DNA of 45,209 bases from the NCBI GenBank assembly GCA_003235555.1, contig QJVY01000065.1, positions 1 through 45,209 on the forward strand. The letters run 5' to 3'. A model generated the notes under the pieces. The model saw only the letters and a list, made by a program, of their open reading frames with translations, had not been told where the DNA came from and searched no databases. The position numbers and the translations under genes are program-made. This DNA is from Ignavibacteria bacterium. GTDB lineage: Bacteria > Bacteroidota > Ignavibacteria > UBA10030 > SZUA-254. Positions 8,775-16,984 of the stretch are shown one piece after another (within the stretch, counting starts at the first letter, position 1; the number at the start of each line of letters is the position of its first letter).

Positions 8775-9845
8775 ATGGACAACCTGACCCATTCACTGAC
8801 CGGTGTCATGGCGACGCGGGTCTTTCCCGGGGTGGGAAGCACTCACCCCGGGCCCACGGCCGGGGAAAAAACGAGGCCGGGCCGGACGCTCTTCTGGCTG
8901 ATGCTCGTGTCGGTGAACCTCCCCGACGCGGACATCGTCGCCAACCTCTTCACCGACCCTCTGACCGCAGTGCATTTCCACCGCGGGTTCACCCATTCGT
9001 TCTTGATGGCGCCCTTCGTCGCGCTTCTCCCGTCGGTGGTCGCCCTGCTCATCAACCGGAGCGCGCGCTTCCCGTGGTTGTGGATCGCCGCCACGACCGG
9101 TGTACTGGTGCATATTTTCGTGGACCTCATCACGCCGTACGGAACGCAGATATTTTTTCCGGTTGACGAAGCGAGGTACTCGCTCGACTGGATGTTCATC
9201 ATCGACCCGTGGTTCACCGGCGTCGTGGCACTCCTGCTGGTGGCCGGGAGGATCCTCGTAAAGCACCGCCGCGCGCTCGGATTCGTCACGTTGATCTTTA
9301 CCGTACTCTACATCGGCGCCGAGAGCCGACTGCATTCGCGGGCCCTCGACATTTTCAAACGCCAGCTGGAGAAATCCGGGACGCCCGCGCTGAACGTGGC
9401 GGTCCTCCCCCAGCCGTTCAGCATGACGGAATGGATGGGGCTCGCCTCGACCAAACAGGGGCCCGTCCGCCAGTACATACGCCTGTTCGATGAGGCGGGG
9501 GTGGTGGCCCCGGAGTTTTTCCCCGATCCGTCGGACCCGTACGCGGCGGCGGCGTTTGCGACGCCGTACGTTTCCCGGTACCTGGCATTCGCCCGTTTCC
9601 CGGCCGTCACCTCGGGAATGGAAAAGGGCGTGCACGCGGTGGAGATCCGGGACCTGCAGTTTTCCGTGGCGCCGGGTATCGCCCGCGCGTTCGGTATGGA
9701 GGCTGCCGAGCGGGACGTTCCCTTCGTTCTTCGACTGGAGTTCGCGGGCCCCGACAGCCTGGCGTCGGTGACGTTCAACGGCCGTCCGGTCCCCCCGGTT
9801 GAAGGTCTGGCCGGAAAACCGTACGTTACGGCATCCCCCCGATGA
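8775..9845 (+). CDS. Membrane-bound metal-dependent hydrolase (YdjM/DUF457 family) with a C-terminal extension
   Basis: 'MDNLTHSLTG' at the N-terminus, 'HRGFTHS' and 'H.F.DL.T.YGT' are YdjM/DUF457 motifs, and several TM helices are present. The stop overlaps the Crp/Fnr start as ATGA (9842-9845). Confidence 0.75.
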   Translation: MDNLTHSLTGVMATRVFPGVGSTHPGPTAGEKTRPGRTLFWLMLVSVNLPDADIVANLFTDPLTAVHFHRGFTHSFLMAPFVALLPSVVALLINRSARFPWLWIAATTGVLVHIFVDLITPYGTQIFFPVDEARYSLDWMFIIDPWFTGVVALLLVAGRILVKHRRALGFVTLIFTVLYIGAESRLHSRALDIFKRQLEKSGTPALNVAVLPQPFSMTEWMGLASTKQGPVRQYIRLFDEAGVVAPEFFPDPSDPYAAAAFATPYVSRYLAFARFPAVTSGMEKGVHAVEIRDLQFSVAPGIARAFGMEAAERDVPFVLRLEFAGPDSLASVTFNGRPVPPVEGLAGKPYVTASPR

Positions 9846-10552
9846 AAAACACGTTCGAGATACCGCACTGCGAGACCTGCCTCCCCAGGTTGAACTCCAT
9901 TTTCGGGGTGCTCTCCAGCGAAGAACTCAACAGGCTCGAGCTCCACAAGGGGTGTAACTTCCACAGGAGCGGGCAGGTGCTCTTTTACGAGGGCGACTAC
10001 CCTTCCGGGATCTATTGCATCAACCGCGGCAAGGTGAAACTCACCCGGACCGGGGAGGCGGGACGCGAACAGATCGTCCGGCTTGCCCGTGAAGGGGACT
10101 CGGTGGGGTACCGCGCTCTGGTGAGCGGCACGCCGTACCAACTCACGGCAACGGTGATCGAGGATGCCTCGATCTGCTTCATTCCCCGGCAGACCTTCAA
10201 CACGCTGATGGCGGACAACCCCTCACTGACCGGCACGATCATCCGCCAGCTCACTCAGGACCTCGCGAAGGCCGAGCAGAAGCAGGTCTCCCTGGCGCAG
10301 AAGCAGGTGAGGGAACGGCTCGCCGAGACGCTCCTCATGCTCCGGGAGTTCTACGGCTGTGAGGACGACCACAGGACCCTCCGCAGCCGGCTCTCGAGGG
10401 AGGACATCGCCAATTACGTCGGGACGGCGACAGAGACCGTCATTCGCCTCCTCTCGGAATTTTCAAAAGAGGGATTGATCGTCCTCGAGGGGAAGAAAAT
10501 CCGTATCACCGACCAGAAAGGACTCTGCGAAACGGCACGGATGCCCGAGTAG
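9842..10552 (+). CDS. Crp/Fnr family transcriptional regulator
   Basis: A cNMP-binding-like beta-roll ('LF.EGD...G+Y.I..G.VKL', 'GREQIVRLA..GD..G') is followed by a C-terminal HTH ('SREDIANYVGTATETVIRLLSEF'). The N-terminus carries 'HCETC' and further Cys residues (C38, C59), which may form an FNR-like redox-sensing site; this is inference. Confidence 0.9.
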   Translation: MKNTFEIPHCETCLPRLNSIFGVLSSEELNRLELHKGCNFHRSGQVLFYEGDYPSGIYCINRGKVKLTRTGEAGREQIVRLAREGDSVGYRALVSGTPYQLTATVIEDASICFIPRQTFNTLMADNPSLTGTIIRQLTQDLAKAEQKQVSLAQKQVRERLAETLLMLREFYGCEDDHRTLRSRLSREDIANYVGTATETVIRLLSEFSKEGLIVLEGKKIRITDQKGLCETARMPE

Positions 10553-10669
10553 GCTGATCCGTCCCGGTCCACCCCCCCCGCCTCACCAGGCCTCCCCTCC
10601 GCCTACCCTCCCATCCCTTTCCCAGAGTTGGCTATTTCAGGCTGTTTCACCTTCCGGACGCCTGAATAC

Positions 10670-10683
10670 ATGACAAAAATCAT
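10670..10683 (+). promoter_or_regulatory. Candidate CRP/FNR-type operator (ATGAC-AAAA-ATCAT; core TGA-N6-TCA)
   Basis: Read directly from the sequence, in the intergenic region downstream of the Crp/Fnr gene. Its centre lies about 68 nt upstream of the ATG at 10745 that opens the cytochrome block. It resembles the TTGAT-N4-ATCAA consensus. This is a single site and is not statistically tested. Confidence 0.35.
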
Positions 10684-10744
10684 TTTTCAACCTTTTCCGC
10701 GTCATACCGGATATGCCCCCTTGTTGTGTATTTTTCATACAGGG

Positions 10745-11617
10745 ATGTGGCGTAAACTGACAAATATTAACCGCGTACTCGTACCGGTAGACCTGACAGA
10801 CGATTCGCTCTGTGCCGTCGAAGCTGCCCTGACCTACTCAAAGGAAAGGAAAGCACAGATCTACCTGATCCATGTCATATCCCCCCATGACGGGGGGACG
10901 GGTTCACCGGAGCCCGGGTCCGCCTCCCCCCACGGTTCCCATCACCACGACGGGGGCGGAAGGCAGTCTTCGATATTGGAGGAATTCTTCCTCAAAAAAA
11001 TCAAACCGCAATCCAACGTGGCCTGCATCCTGAGGGCGGGCACCCCGGCGCGCGAAATCCTCAGGTTCGCCCGGGAGGAGAGTATCGACCTGATCGTCCT
11101 CCCCCTGGCCCCCGCCGCCAGTGCCGGACGGTCCGGCATGAAGGGCATCGCGGACATCGTCATTCGAAACGCGACCGTACCTGTCGTCGTCGTCAAGCCG
11201 GAATCCGCGGCGAGGCAGGTCCCGGGTCTTCATTTTCAGACAAGGAAAAATCCGGCAGGACAGACGGAGGTGAAAAACATCATGAAATACGACGACAAGT
11301 ATCTCCACGAAATCCGGCAGAATGTCTGCTCGAAGTGCATAGACCGGACGGCATCGGGCCTCTGCGTGGCCTCCACGTTCGACGCCTGCGCGATCAACAG
11401 GTACCTTCCGGAGATCATCGACATCGTCCTGGCCGGCCCGGCTGACGATTACGACGACACGGTCGAGCGGCTCCGGGCCCGGGTATGTGCAGCCTGCGAA
11501 CAGCAGTCTCCGGACGGGAGGTGCGACATGAGGGACGACGTGGAGTGTGCCCTCGACAGGTATTTCCCCCTGGTCATCGAAGCGATCCGCGAGGCGGCCA
11601 GGAACAAGAACACCTGA
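10745..11617 (+). CDS. Universal stress protein (UspA) domain fused in frame to a duplicated Cys-rich module of unknown function
   Basis: USP fold motifs are 'NRVLVPVDLTDDS', 'IYLIHVI', 'IDLIVL' and 'VPVVVVK'. The C-terminal about 110 aa contain two copies of C-x2-C-x8-C-x7-C-A-[IL]-[ND]-R-Y-[LF]-P. The start is uncertain: TTG 10628, ATG 10670 and ATG 10745 are all in frame. An internal GGAGGTG sequence with an ATG at 11282 precedes the Cys-rich part. Confidence 0.7.
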   Translation: MWRKLTNINRVLVPVDLTDDSLCAVEAALTYSKERKAQIYLIHVISPHDGGTGSPEPGSASPHGSHHHDGGGRQSSILEEFFLKKIKPQSNVACILRAGTPAREILRFAREESIDLIVLPLAPAASAGRSGMKGIADIVIRNATVPVVVVKPESAARQVPGLHFQTRKNPAGQTEVKNIMKYDDKYLHEIRQNVCSKCIDRTASGLCVASTFDACAINRYLPEIIDIVLAGPADDYDDTVERLRARVCAACEQQSPDGRCDMRDDVECALDRYFPLVIEAIREAARNKNT

Positions 11618-11623
11618 GGTGCC

Positions 11624-13924
11624 ATGAGTTCGACAGTAACTCACTCTGAACATCCGATGCCCGAACGGGAAGGGATCTCGAAATTCTACATCGCCCTCCT
11701 CGTGACGGGACTCATCGTCGGGGCGACGTTCCTGCTGGGGATCGGCCTCCTCTTTTCCGGAGGGGCCGTCGCACAGACCAGGGACGACTGCCTGATGTGC
11801 CACTCGGACGAAGGGCTCAGCGCCGAGCGGGACGGTGAAGAAGTATCCCAGTACGTCGACGCAACGGTCCTCGACAAATCCCCCCACGGCAAACTGGTCT
11901 GCGTCGCCTGCCATACCCGCTTCAACCCGGAGGAGATGCCGCACAGGGCGAACATCCGCCCGGTAAACTGCCTCACCTGCCACAAGGGCGCCGAGCTGAA
12001 ACATGGCTTCCACCCGCAGCTTGCCGCGGCGATCGCCTCCGGTGAGGATCCCGACGTCGGCTGCAAGGACTGCCACGGGAGGCACGACGTGGTCTCACCG
12101 AAGGAACCGGACTCGCCCTTCAACCGGAAAAACATCTCGGCCGGGTGCGGCCAGTGCCACAGCGATGTCGCCGAAGAGTTCGACCTCTCGGCACACGGTC
12201 TGGCCCATTCGGCCGACGTCAAGGGAGCGCCGGACTGCCTCATCTGCCACGACAGGAAAATCACCGTAACCACGAACCCCGGCAACGGCGTGGGCCTCAA
12301 GCTGGCCCAGGAGCGGCTCTGCCTCAGCTGCCACATGGACAACCCCGACGTCCGAGACAGGACATCCCCTTCGGCCGGTTTCATCGCGGCCTACGAGCAG
12401 AGCGTGCACGGTTCGGCGCTCACCAACGGGAACGCGAACGCTCCGAACTGCGTCGACTGCCACGGAAGCCACCAGATGGCCAAGGGTTTCGACCCGTCGT
12501 CGAAGGTCAGCAAGATGAAGATCGCCGAGACGTGTTCGAAATGTCACGGGGATATCGCCGGGGTGTTCAACGGGAGCGTTCACGGGAAGGCGGTCACCGC
12601 CGGGGTCGAGGACGCTCCCACCTGCACCGACTGCCACGGAGAACACACGATCCTGAAACACAACGACCCGCGCTCGCCGGTGGCCAAGCAGAACCTGTCG
12701 GCGCAGGTCTGCTCCCCCTGCCACAGTTCGGTGGCCCTCTCCACCAAGTACGGCATCGCGAACGACCGATTCAAAACATTCACCGACAGTTACCACGGCC
12801 TCGCGATCCGGGGCGGATCGGTGGAGGTGGCCAACTGCGCCAGCTGCCACGGGTCGCACAACATCAAGCCCTCGTCCGATTCCACGTCGACCATCTCGAA
12901 GGCGAACCTGGTGAAGACCTGCGGACGCTGCCACCCCGGGGCCAACCAGCGGTTTACCGTGGGCGCGGTGCATGTCAACGAAAAATCCCGCACCGAGGAA
13001 CCCCTCCTCTACTGGATCGCGACGCTGTACATCCTGCTGATCGTGGTCACGATCGGCGGCATGCTGTTCCATAACGTGATCGACTTCGTGAAAAAGTCCA
13101 GGCGGAAACTCATGATCCGCAGGGGCCTCATCCCGCATCCGCACGCGGGACCCGGGATGTATGTCAGGATGACCGGGGAGGAACGCTTCCAGCACGCCGC
13201 CCTGCTGATCAGCTTCACGACGCTCGTGGTGACCGGGTTCATGCTCCGCTTCCCCGAGGTCTGGTGGGTGCGCTGGATCCGCGACCTGGGCGGCGGGGTG
13301 TTCGAGGCGCGGAGCCTGACGCACCGCATCGCCGGCGTGGTGATGCTCGCAGCGAGCCTCTACCATGTCTACTACGTCTCCTTCACGAAACGGGGACGGG
13401 AACTGATCCTCGACATGCTCCCCCGCATGCAGGACGTCCGGGACGCGCTGGCGATGGTGAAATACAACCTGGGCATGCGAAACGACCGCCCGCTCTTCGA
13501 CCGCTTTTCGTATATCGAGAAGGCCGAGTACTGGGCGCTCATCTGGGGGACGATGGTCATGGGGGCCACCGGGCTGATCATGTGGTTCGACAACACCTTC
13601 ATCGGGCTGTTGACGAAGCTCGGGTACGACGTGGCCAGGAGCATTCACTATTACGAGGCGTGGCTGGCCACACTCGCCATTATCGTCTGGCACTTCTATT
13701 TCGTGATCTTCAACCCCGACGTGTACCCGCTGAATGTGGCGTTCTGGAAGGGTACCCTCACCGAGGAGGAAATGGAGGAGGACCATCCGCTGGAACTCCG
13801 CAAAATACAAAACGCCGGAACGAAGAAAGACATCGATTCGTCGGATAAAGGGCCCGAACGCCTGGACAAAGGCCCGGACCCGGATCGCGACAGAAACGGC
13901 AACGGACACGGGGGGAAAGCGTGA
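11624..13924 (+). CDS. 13-haem c-type cytochrome fused to a di-haem cytochrome b membrane domain (FdnI/HydC-like); CbcL-like architecture
   Basis: An N-terminal signal anchor is followed by 13 CxxCH motifs (CLMCH, CVACH, CLTCH, CKDCH, CGQCH, CLICH, CLSCH, CVDCH, CSKCH, CTDCH, CSPCH, CASCH, CGRCH). About 5 TM helices follow, with conserved His pairs ('HRIAGVVMLAASLYH', 13 residues apart; 'HYYEAWLATLAIIVWH', 14 apart). Confidence 0.9.
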   Translation: MSSTVTHSEHPMPEREGISKFYIALLVTGLIVGATFLLGIGLLFSGGAVAQTRDDCLMCHSDEGLSAERDGEEVSQYVDATVLDKSPHGKLVCVACHTRFNPEEMPHRANIRPVNCLTCHKGAELKHGFHPQLAAAIASGEDPDVGCKDCHGRHDVVSPKEPDSPFNRKNISAGCGQCHSDVAEEFDLSAHGLAHSADVKGAPDCLICHDRKITVTTNPGNGVGLKLAQERLCLSCHMDNPDVRDRTSPSAGFIAAYEQSVHGSALTNGNANAPNCVDCHGSHQMAKGFDPSSKVSKMKIAETCSKCHGDIAGVFNGSVHGKAVTAGVEDAPTCTDCHGEHTILKHNDPRSPVAKQNLSAQVCSPCHSSVALSTKYGIANDRFKTFTDSYHGLAIRGGSVEVANCASCHGSHNIKPSSDSTSTISKANLVKTCGRCHPGANQRFTVGAVHVNEKSRTEEPLLYWIATLYILLIVVTIGGMLFHNVIDFVKKSRRKLMIRRGLIPHPHAGPGMYVRMTGEERFQHAALLISFTTLVVTGFMLRFPEVWWVRWIRDLGGGVFEARSLTHRIAGVVMLAASLYHVYYVSFTKRGRELILDMLPRMQDVRDALAMVKYNLGMRNDRPLFDRFSYIEKAEYWALIWGTMVMGATGLIMWFDNTFIGLLTKLGYDVARSIHYYEAWLATLAIIVWHFYFVIFNPDVYPLNVAFWKGTLTEEEMEEDHPLELRKIQNAGTKKDIDSSDKGPERLDKGPDPDRDRNGNGHGGKA

Positions 13925-16017
13925 CGATCCGCAATCACCTTCACGCCGCCGCCGGCCGGTGTGCGGTCGCGGCGCTTCTCATCCTGACGTTCACGCAGGT
14001 GGGGTTGGTCATCGCGCAGGAGGACGCCGACTGCCTTTCCTGCCATGAGGACCGGTCCATGGAGGGAACCCGCGACGGGCGGACGATTTCGGTCTTCGTC
14101 AACGGGAAGGTGTTCGCCGGATCCATCCATGCCGCAAACGGGTGCATCTCCTGTCACGCGGACCTGGCGGAAGCGGAGTTTCCCCATGCTGAAGAGGTCG
14201 CACCGGTGGAGTGCGGGACCTGCCACTCGGACGAACAGGAAGAGGAATCGAAATCGCTCCACGGCCGCGCGGCCGAGAGGGGCGACCGGCTCGCGCCGGT
14301 CTGCAAGGACTGCCACGGGACGCACGGCATCCTTCCCAAATCGGACCACAATTCCCCCATCTCGGCGCTGAAGGTCCCTTTCCTCTGCGGGAAGTGTCAC
14401 CAGGAAGGTTCCACGGTGATGACCCAGCGGACCATCCATCAGGACAACATCCTCGAGAACTTCTCCGAGAGCATACACGGCGAGGGGCTGTTGCGCAAGG
14501 GTCTCGTGGTCGCCCCCAACTGCGCGTCGTGCCACACCGGCCACTCGATCCTCCCGCACACCGACCCCGCCTCGTCGATCGCGCGGACCAACATCGCCTC
14601 GACCTGCACGCAGTGCCACGGGGAGATCGAGGAGGTCCACCGCAAGGTGATCAAGGGCGAGCTCTGGGAAAAGGAAGCGCACGTCCTCCCGGCGTGCGTG
14701 GACTGCCACCAGCCGCACAAGATCCGCAAAGTTTTCTACTCGCAGGGGATGGCCGACGCCGACTGCATGCGGTGCCACGACAAGCCCGATCTGAAAGCTT
14801 CCTCCGACGGGAGGTCGCTCGCCGTCGCCGCCGCGGCGCTGGCGCGGTCGATGCACGCGAAAATCTCCTGCAGCCAGTGTCACTCGGAGGTTAACGCCTC
14901 CAAGGTGCGCCCCTGCGAAACCATCGTCCGGAAGGTGGACTGCTCTTCGTGCCATGCCGAGATCAACCTGGAATTCTCGGCGAGCCTCCACGGGACGCGT
15001 GCCATGGAGCAGGACCCGAACGCCCCGACCTGCAAGGAGTGCCACGGTGACCACGAGATCCTCGGGAAACGGAACCCGCTCTCGAAAACCTTCCCGACGA
15101 ATGTTCCGGACCTCTGCGCGCGCTGCCACCGTGAGGGGCAGAAGGCCGCCGTGCTCTACACGGGTATCGAGCATGAGATCATCGAACGGTATACCGAATC
15201 GATACACGGCAAGGGGCTGATGAAAAGCGGCCTGACCGTGACGGCCATGTGCACGAGCTGCCACACCTCGCACAACGTCCGTCCGCGCAGCGACAGCCTC
15301 TCCAGCGTCAACAGGGACAACCTGCCGGCGACCTGCGGCACCTGCCACCACGGGATCGAGGACCAGTTCGAGAAGAGCGTCCATTCGAAGCGGGTCTCGA
15401 AAAGCGACAAACCGCTCCCCGTGTGCGACGATTGCCACACGGCGCACAAGATCCGCCGGGCCGACGAGGAGGGGTTCAAGCTGACGATCATGCAGCAATG
15501 CGGCCGCTGCCACGAGGCTATCGCGAAGACCTACTTCGACACCTACCACGGAAAGGTCTCGCAGCTCGGGTATACCAAGACAGCCAAATGCTACGACTGC
15601 CACGGAGCCCACGATATCCTTCCGGTTGCCGACCCGAACTCCCACCTGAGCCGCGAGAACGTCGTGGGGACGTGCCGGAAGTGCCACGAGGGGGCGACCC
15701 GGATGTTCGCCGGCTACCTCACCCACGCCACCCACCACGACCCGGAGAAGTACCCCCTCCTCTTCTGGACGTTCTGGGGAATGACCTCGCTCCTGATCGG
15801 CACGTTCATCTTCGGGGGGATCCACACCCTGCTCTGGCTGCCGCGTGCGTTCCGGTACAGGAAATTGCTGAAGGAGACCCACGATAAAATCCGCAACGGG
15901 CGGTTAAGCGGGGCGCCGGAGGGGGGCGCGGACCCAGGTGAGAGGGACCCCGGGTCCCCCGATGCGGGTCAGCCCGAAGGGAACCGTGAGAAGAACGACG
16001 GTGGCGATAATGGCTGA
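13921..16017 (+). CDS. 19-haem c-type cytochrome with an N-terminal signal peptide and a single C-terminal TM helix
   Basis: The GTG start overlaps the upstream stop (GTGA). I counted 19 CxxCH motifs by eye. The C-terminal helix is 'YPLLFWTFWGMTSLLIGTFIFGGIHTLLWL', followed by a Gly/Asp/Pro-rich tail. Confidence 0.9.
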   Translation: MTIRNHLHAAAGRCAVAALLILTFTQVGLVIAQEDADCLSCHEDRSMEGTRDGRTISVFVNGKVFAGSIHAANGCISCHADLAEAEFPHAEEVAPVECGTCHSDEQEEESKSLHGRAAERGDRLAPVCKDCHGTHGILPKSDHNSPISALKVPFLCGKCHQEGSTVMTQRTIHQDNILENFSESIHGEGLLRKGLVVAPNCASCHTGHSILPHTDPASSIARTNIASTCTQCHGEIEEVHRKVIKGELWEKEAHVLPACVDCHQPHKIRKVFYSQGMADADCMRCHDKPDLKASSDGRSLAVAAAALARSMHAKISCSQCHSEVNASKVRPCETIVRKVDCSSCHAEINLEFSASLHGTRAMEQDPNAPTCKECHGDHEILGKRNPLSKTFPTNVPDLCARCHREGQKAAVLYTGIEHEIIERYTESIHGKGLMKSGLTVTAMCTSCHTSHNVRPRSDSLSSVNRDNLPATCGTCHHGIEDQFEKSVHSKRVSKSDKPLPVCDDCHTAHKIRRADEEGFKLTIMQQCGRCHEAIAKTYFDTYHGKVSQLGYTKTAKCYDCHGAHDILPVADPNSHLSRENVVGTCRKCHEGATRMFAGYLTHATHHDPEKYPLLFWTFWGMTSLLIGTFIFGGIHTLLWLPRAFRYRKLLKETHDKIRNGRLSGAPEGGADPGERDPGSPDAGQPEGNREKNDGGDNG

Positions 16018-16897
16018 GAAATTACCGGTGGAGGCGAATGAATTACGGCAGCTCCTCCAGTCGCCGGTGGGGGAGAAACAGTTTCTCCGCTTCAGCCGGC
16101 TGAACAGGGCCCTGCACATCATCCTGATCGTGAGTTTCCTGAGTCTTGCGCTGACCGGACTCACGCTGAAGTTTTCCTATACGGGGTGGGCCGTGGTGCT
16201 CTCCCATGTTCTGGGGGGGTTCGAACTCACAGGTTACCTGCACCGTTTCGCCGCCGTGCTGATGTTTTTGATTTTCTTCATACACCTCGGCGACGTCGTC
16301 CGCATGAAGCGTTCGGAACACCGCTCCTGGGGTTCGGTCATTTTCGGCCCCGACTCCATGATGTTCAACAAAAAAGACCTGTCGGATTTCATCGGTTCGG
16401 TGAAATGGTTCGTGGGGAAGGGCCCCAGGCCGCAGTTCGGCCGCTGGACGTACTGGGAGAAGTTCGACTACTTTGCGGTCTTCTGGGGGGTGGCGGTCAT
16501 CGGTTCCACGGGGCTGATGCTCTGGTTCTCGGAGTTCTTCACGCGGTTCCTCCCCGGCTGGCTGATCAACGTGGCGACGATCATCCACAGCGACGAAGCG
16601 CTTCTCGCGGTCGGGTTCATCTTCACGGTTCATTTCTTCAACACCCACCTCCGCCCCGAAAAATTCCCGATGGACATCGTGATCTTCACCGGACGGATGG
16701 ACGTCGACGAGTTCATGCTCGACAAGCCCGGCGAATACGAGGAGCTGAAGAAATCCGGAAAGCTCGATGAAAAACTGGTTGAACCCTACCAGCCGATCGT
16801 CATCCGGGCCGTGAAGGCCTTCGGGTGGACGGCGCTCACGATCGGGTTCAGCGTCGTGGTCTGGATCATCTACGCCATGCTTTTCGCATACCGGTGA
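16010..16897 (+). CDS. Di-haem cytochrome b membrane subunit (FdnI/HydC/PhsC-like), partner of the 19-haem cytochrome
   Basis: The ATG at 16010 overlaps the upstream stop by 8 nt (ATGGCTGA). The protein is clearly homologous to the C-terminal domain of the 11624 gene: 'RF.R..R..H', '[16 protein letters not shown]', '[21 protein letters not shown]' and '[20 protein letters not shown]'. Confidence 0.85.
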   Translation: MAEKLPVEANELRQLLQSPVGEKQFLRFSRLNRALHIILIVSFLSLALTGLTLKFSYTGWAVVLSHVLGGFELTGYLHRFAAVLMFLIFFIHLGDVVRMKRSEHRSWGSVIFGPDSMMFNKKDLSDFIGSVKWFVGKGPRPQFGRWTYWEKFDYFAVFWGVAVIGSTGLMLWFSEFFTRFLPGWLINVATIIHSDEALLAVGFIFTVHFFNTHLRPEKFPMDIVIFTGRMDVDEFMLDKPGEYEELKKSGKLDEKLVEPYQPIVIRAVKAFGWTALTIGFSVVVWIIYAMLFAYR

Positions 16898-16984
16898 CCT
16901 CCCCGAAGATGGAGCGGCCGGCAAGTTTGAGAATTAGCCCGTAATCATTACATTGATCACTGTTTCTTATCATTGTCCCTTTTC

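Noticed and set aside
12095-13909. 604-aa minus-strand ORF antisense to the 13-haem/cytochrome b fusion gene
   Set aside because: Same reasoning: it is a GC-rich mirror frame with a low-complexity Arg/Pro/Gly/His-rich product. The sense frame has clear haem motifs and TM helices.
13696-15882. 728-aa minus-strand ORF, one of the longest in the window
   Set aside because: It lies exactly antisense to the 19-haem cytochrome gene. Its product is Arg/Gly/Pro/Val/Asp-rich with no motifs, signal peptide or RBS. Long open antisense frames are expected in GC-rich coding DNA. The sense strand carries 19 CxxCH motifs and an operon context.
16898-16984. ATCA-N6-TGAT inverted repeat ('aATCAttacatTGATc') in the gap upstream of the ImcH-like gene, considered as a third FNR box
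   Set aside because: The half-sites are in the opposite order to the FNR/CRP core (TGA-N6-TCA) and do not match the other two candidate boxes. I kept only the note that this AT-rich gap might hold an internal promoter.
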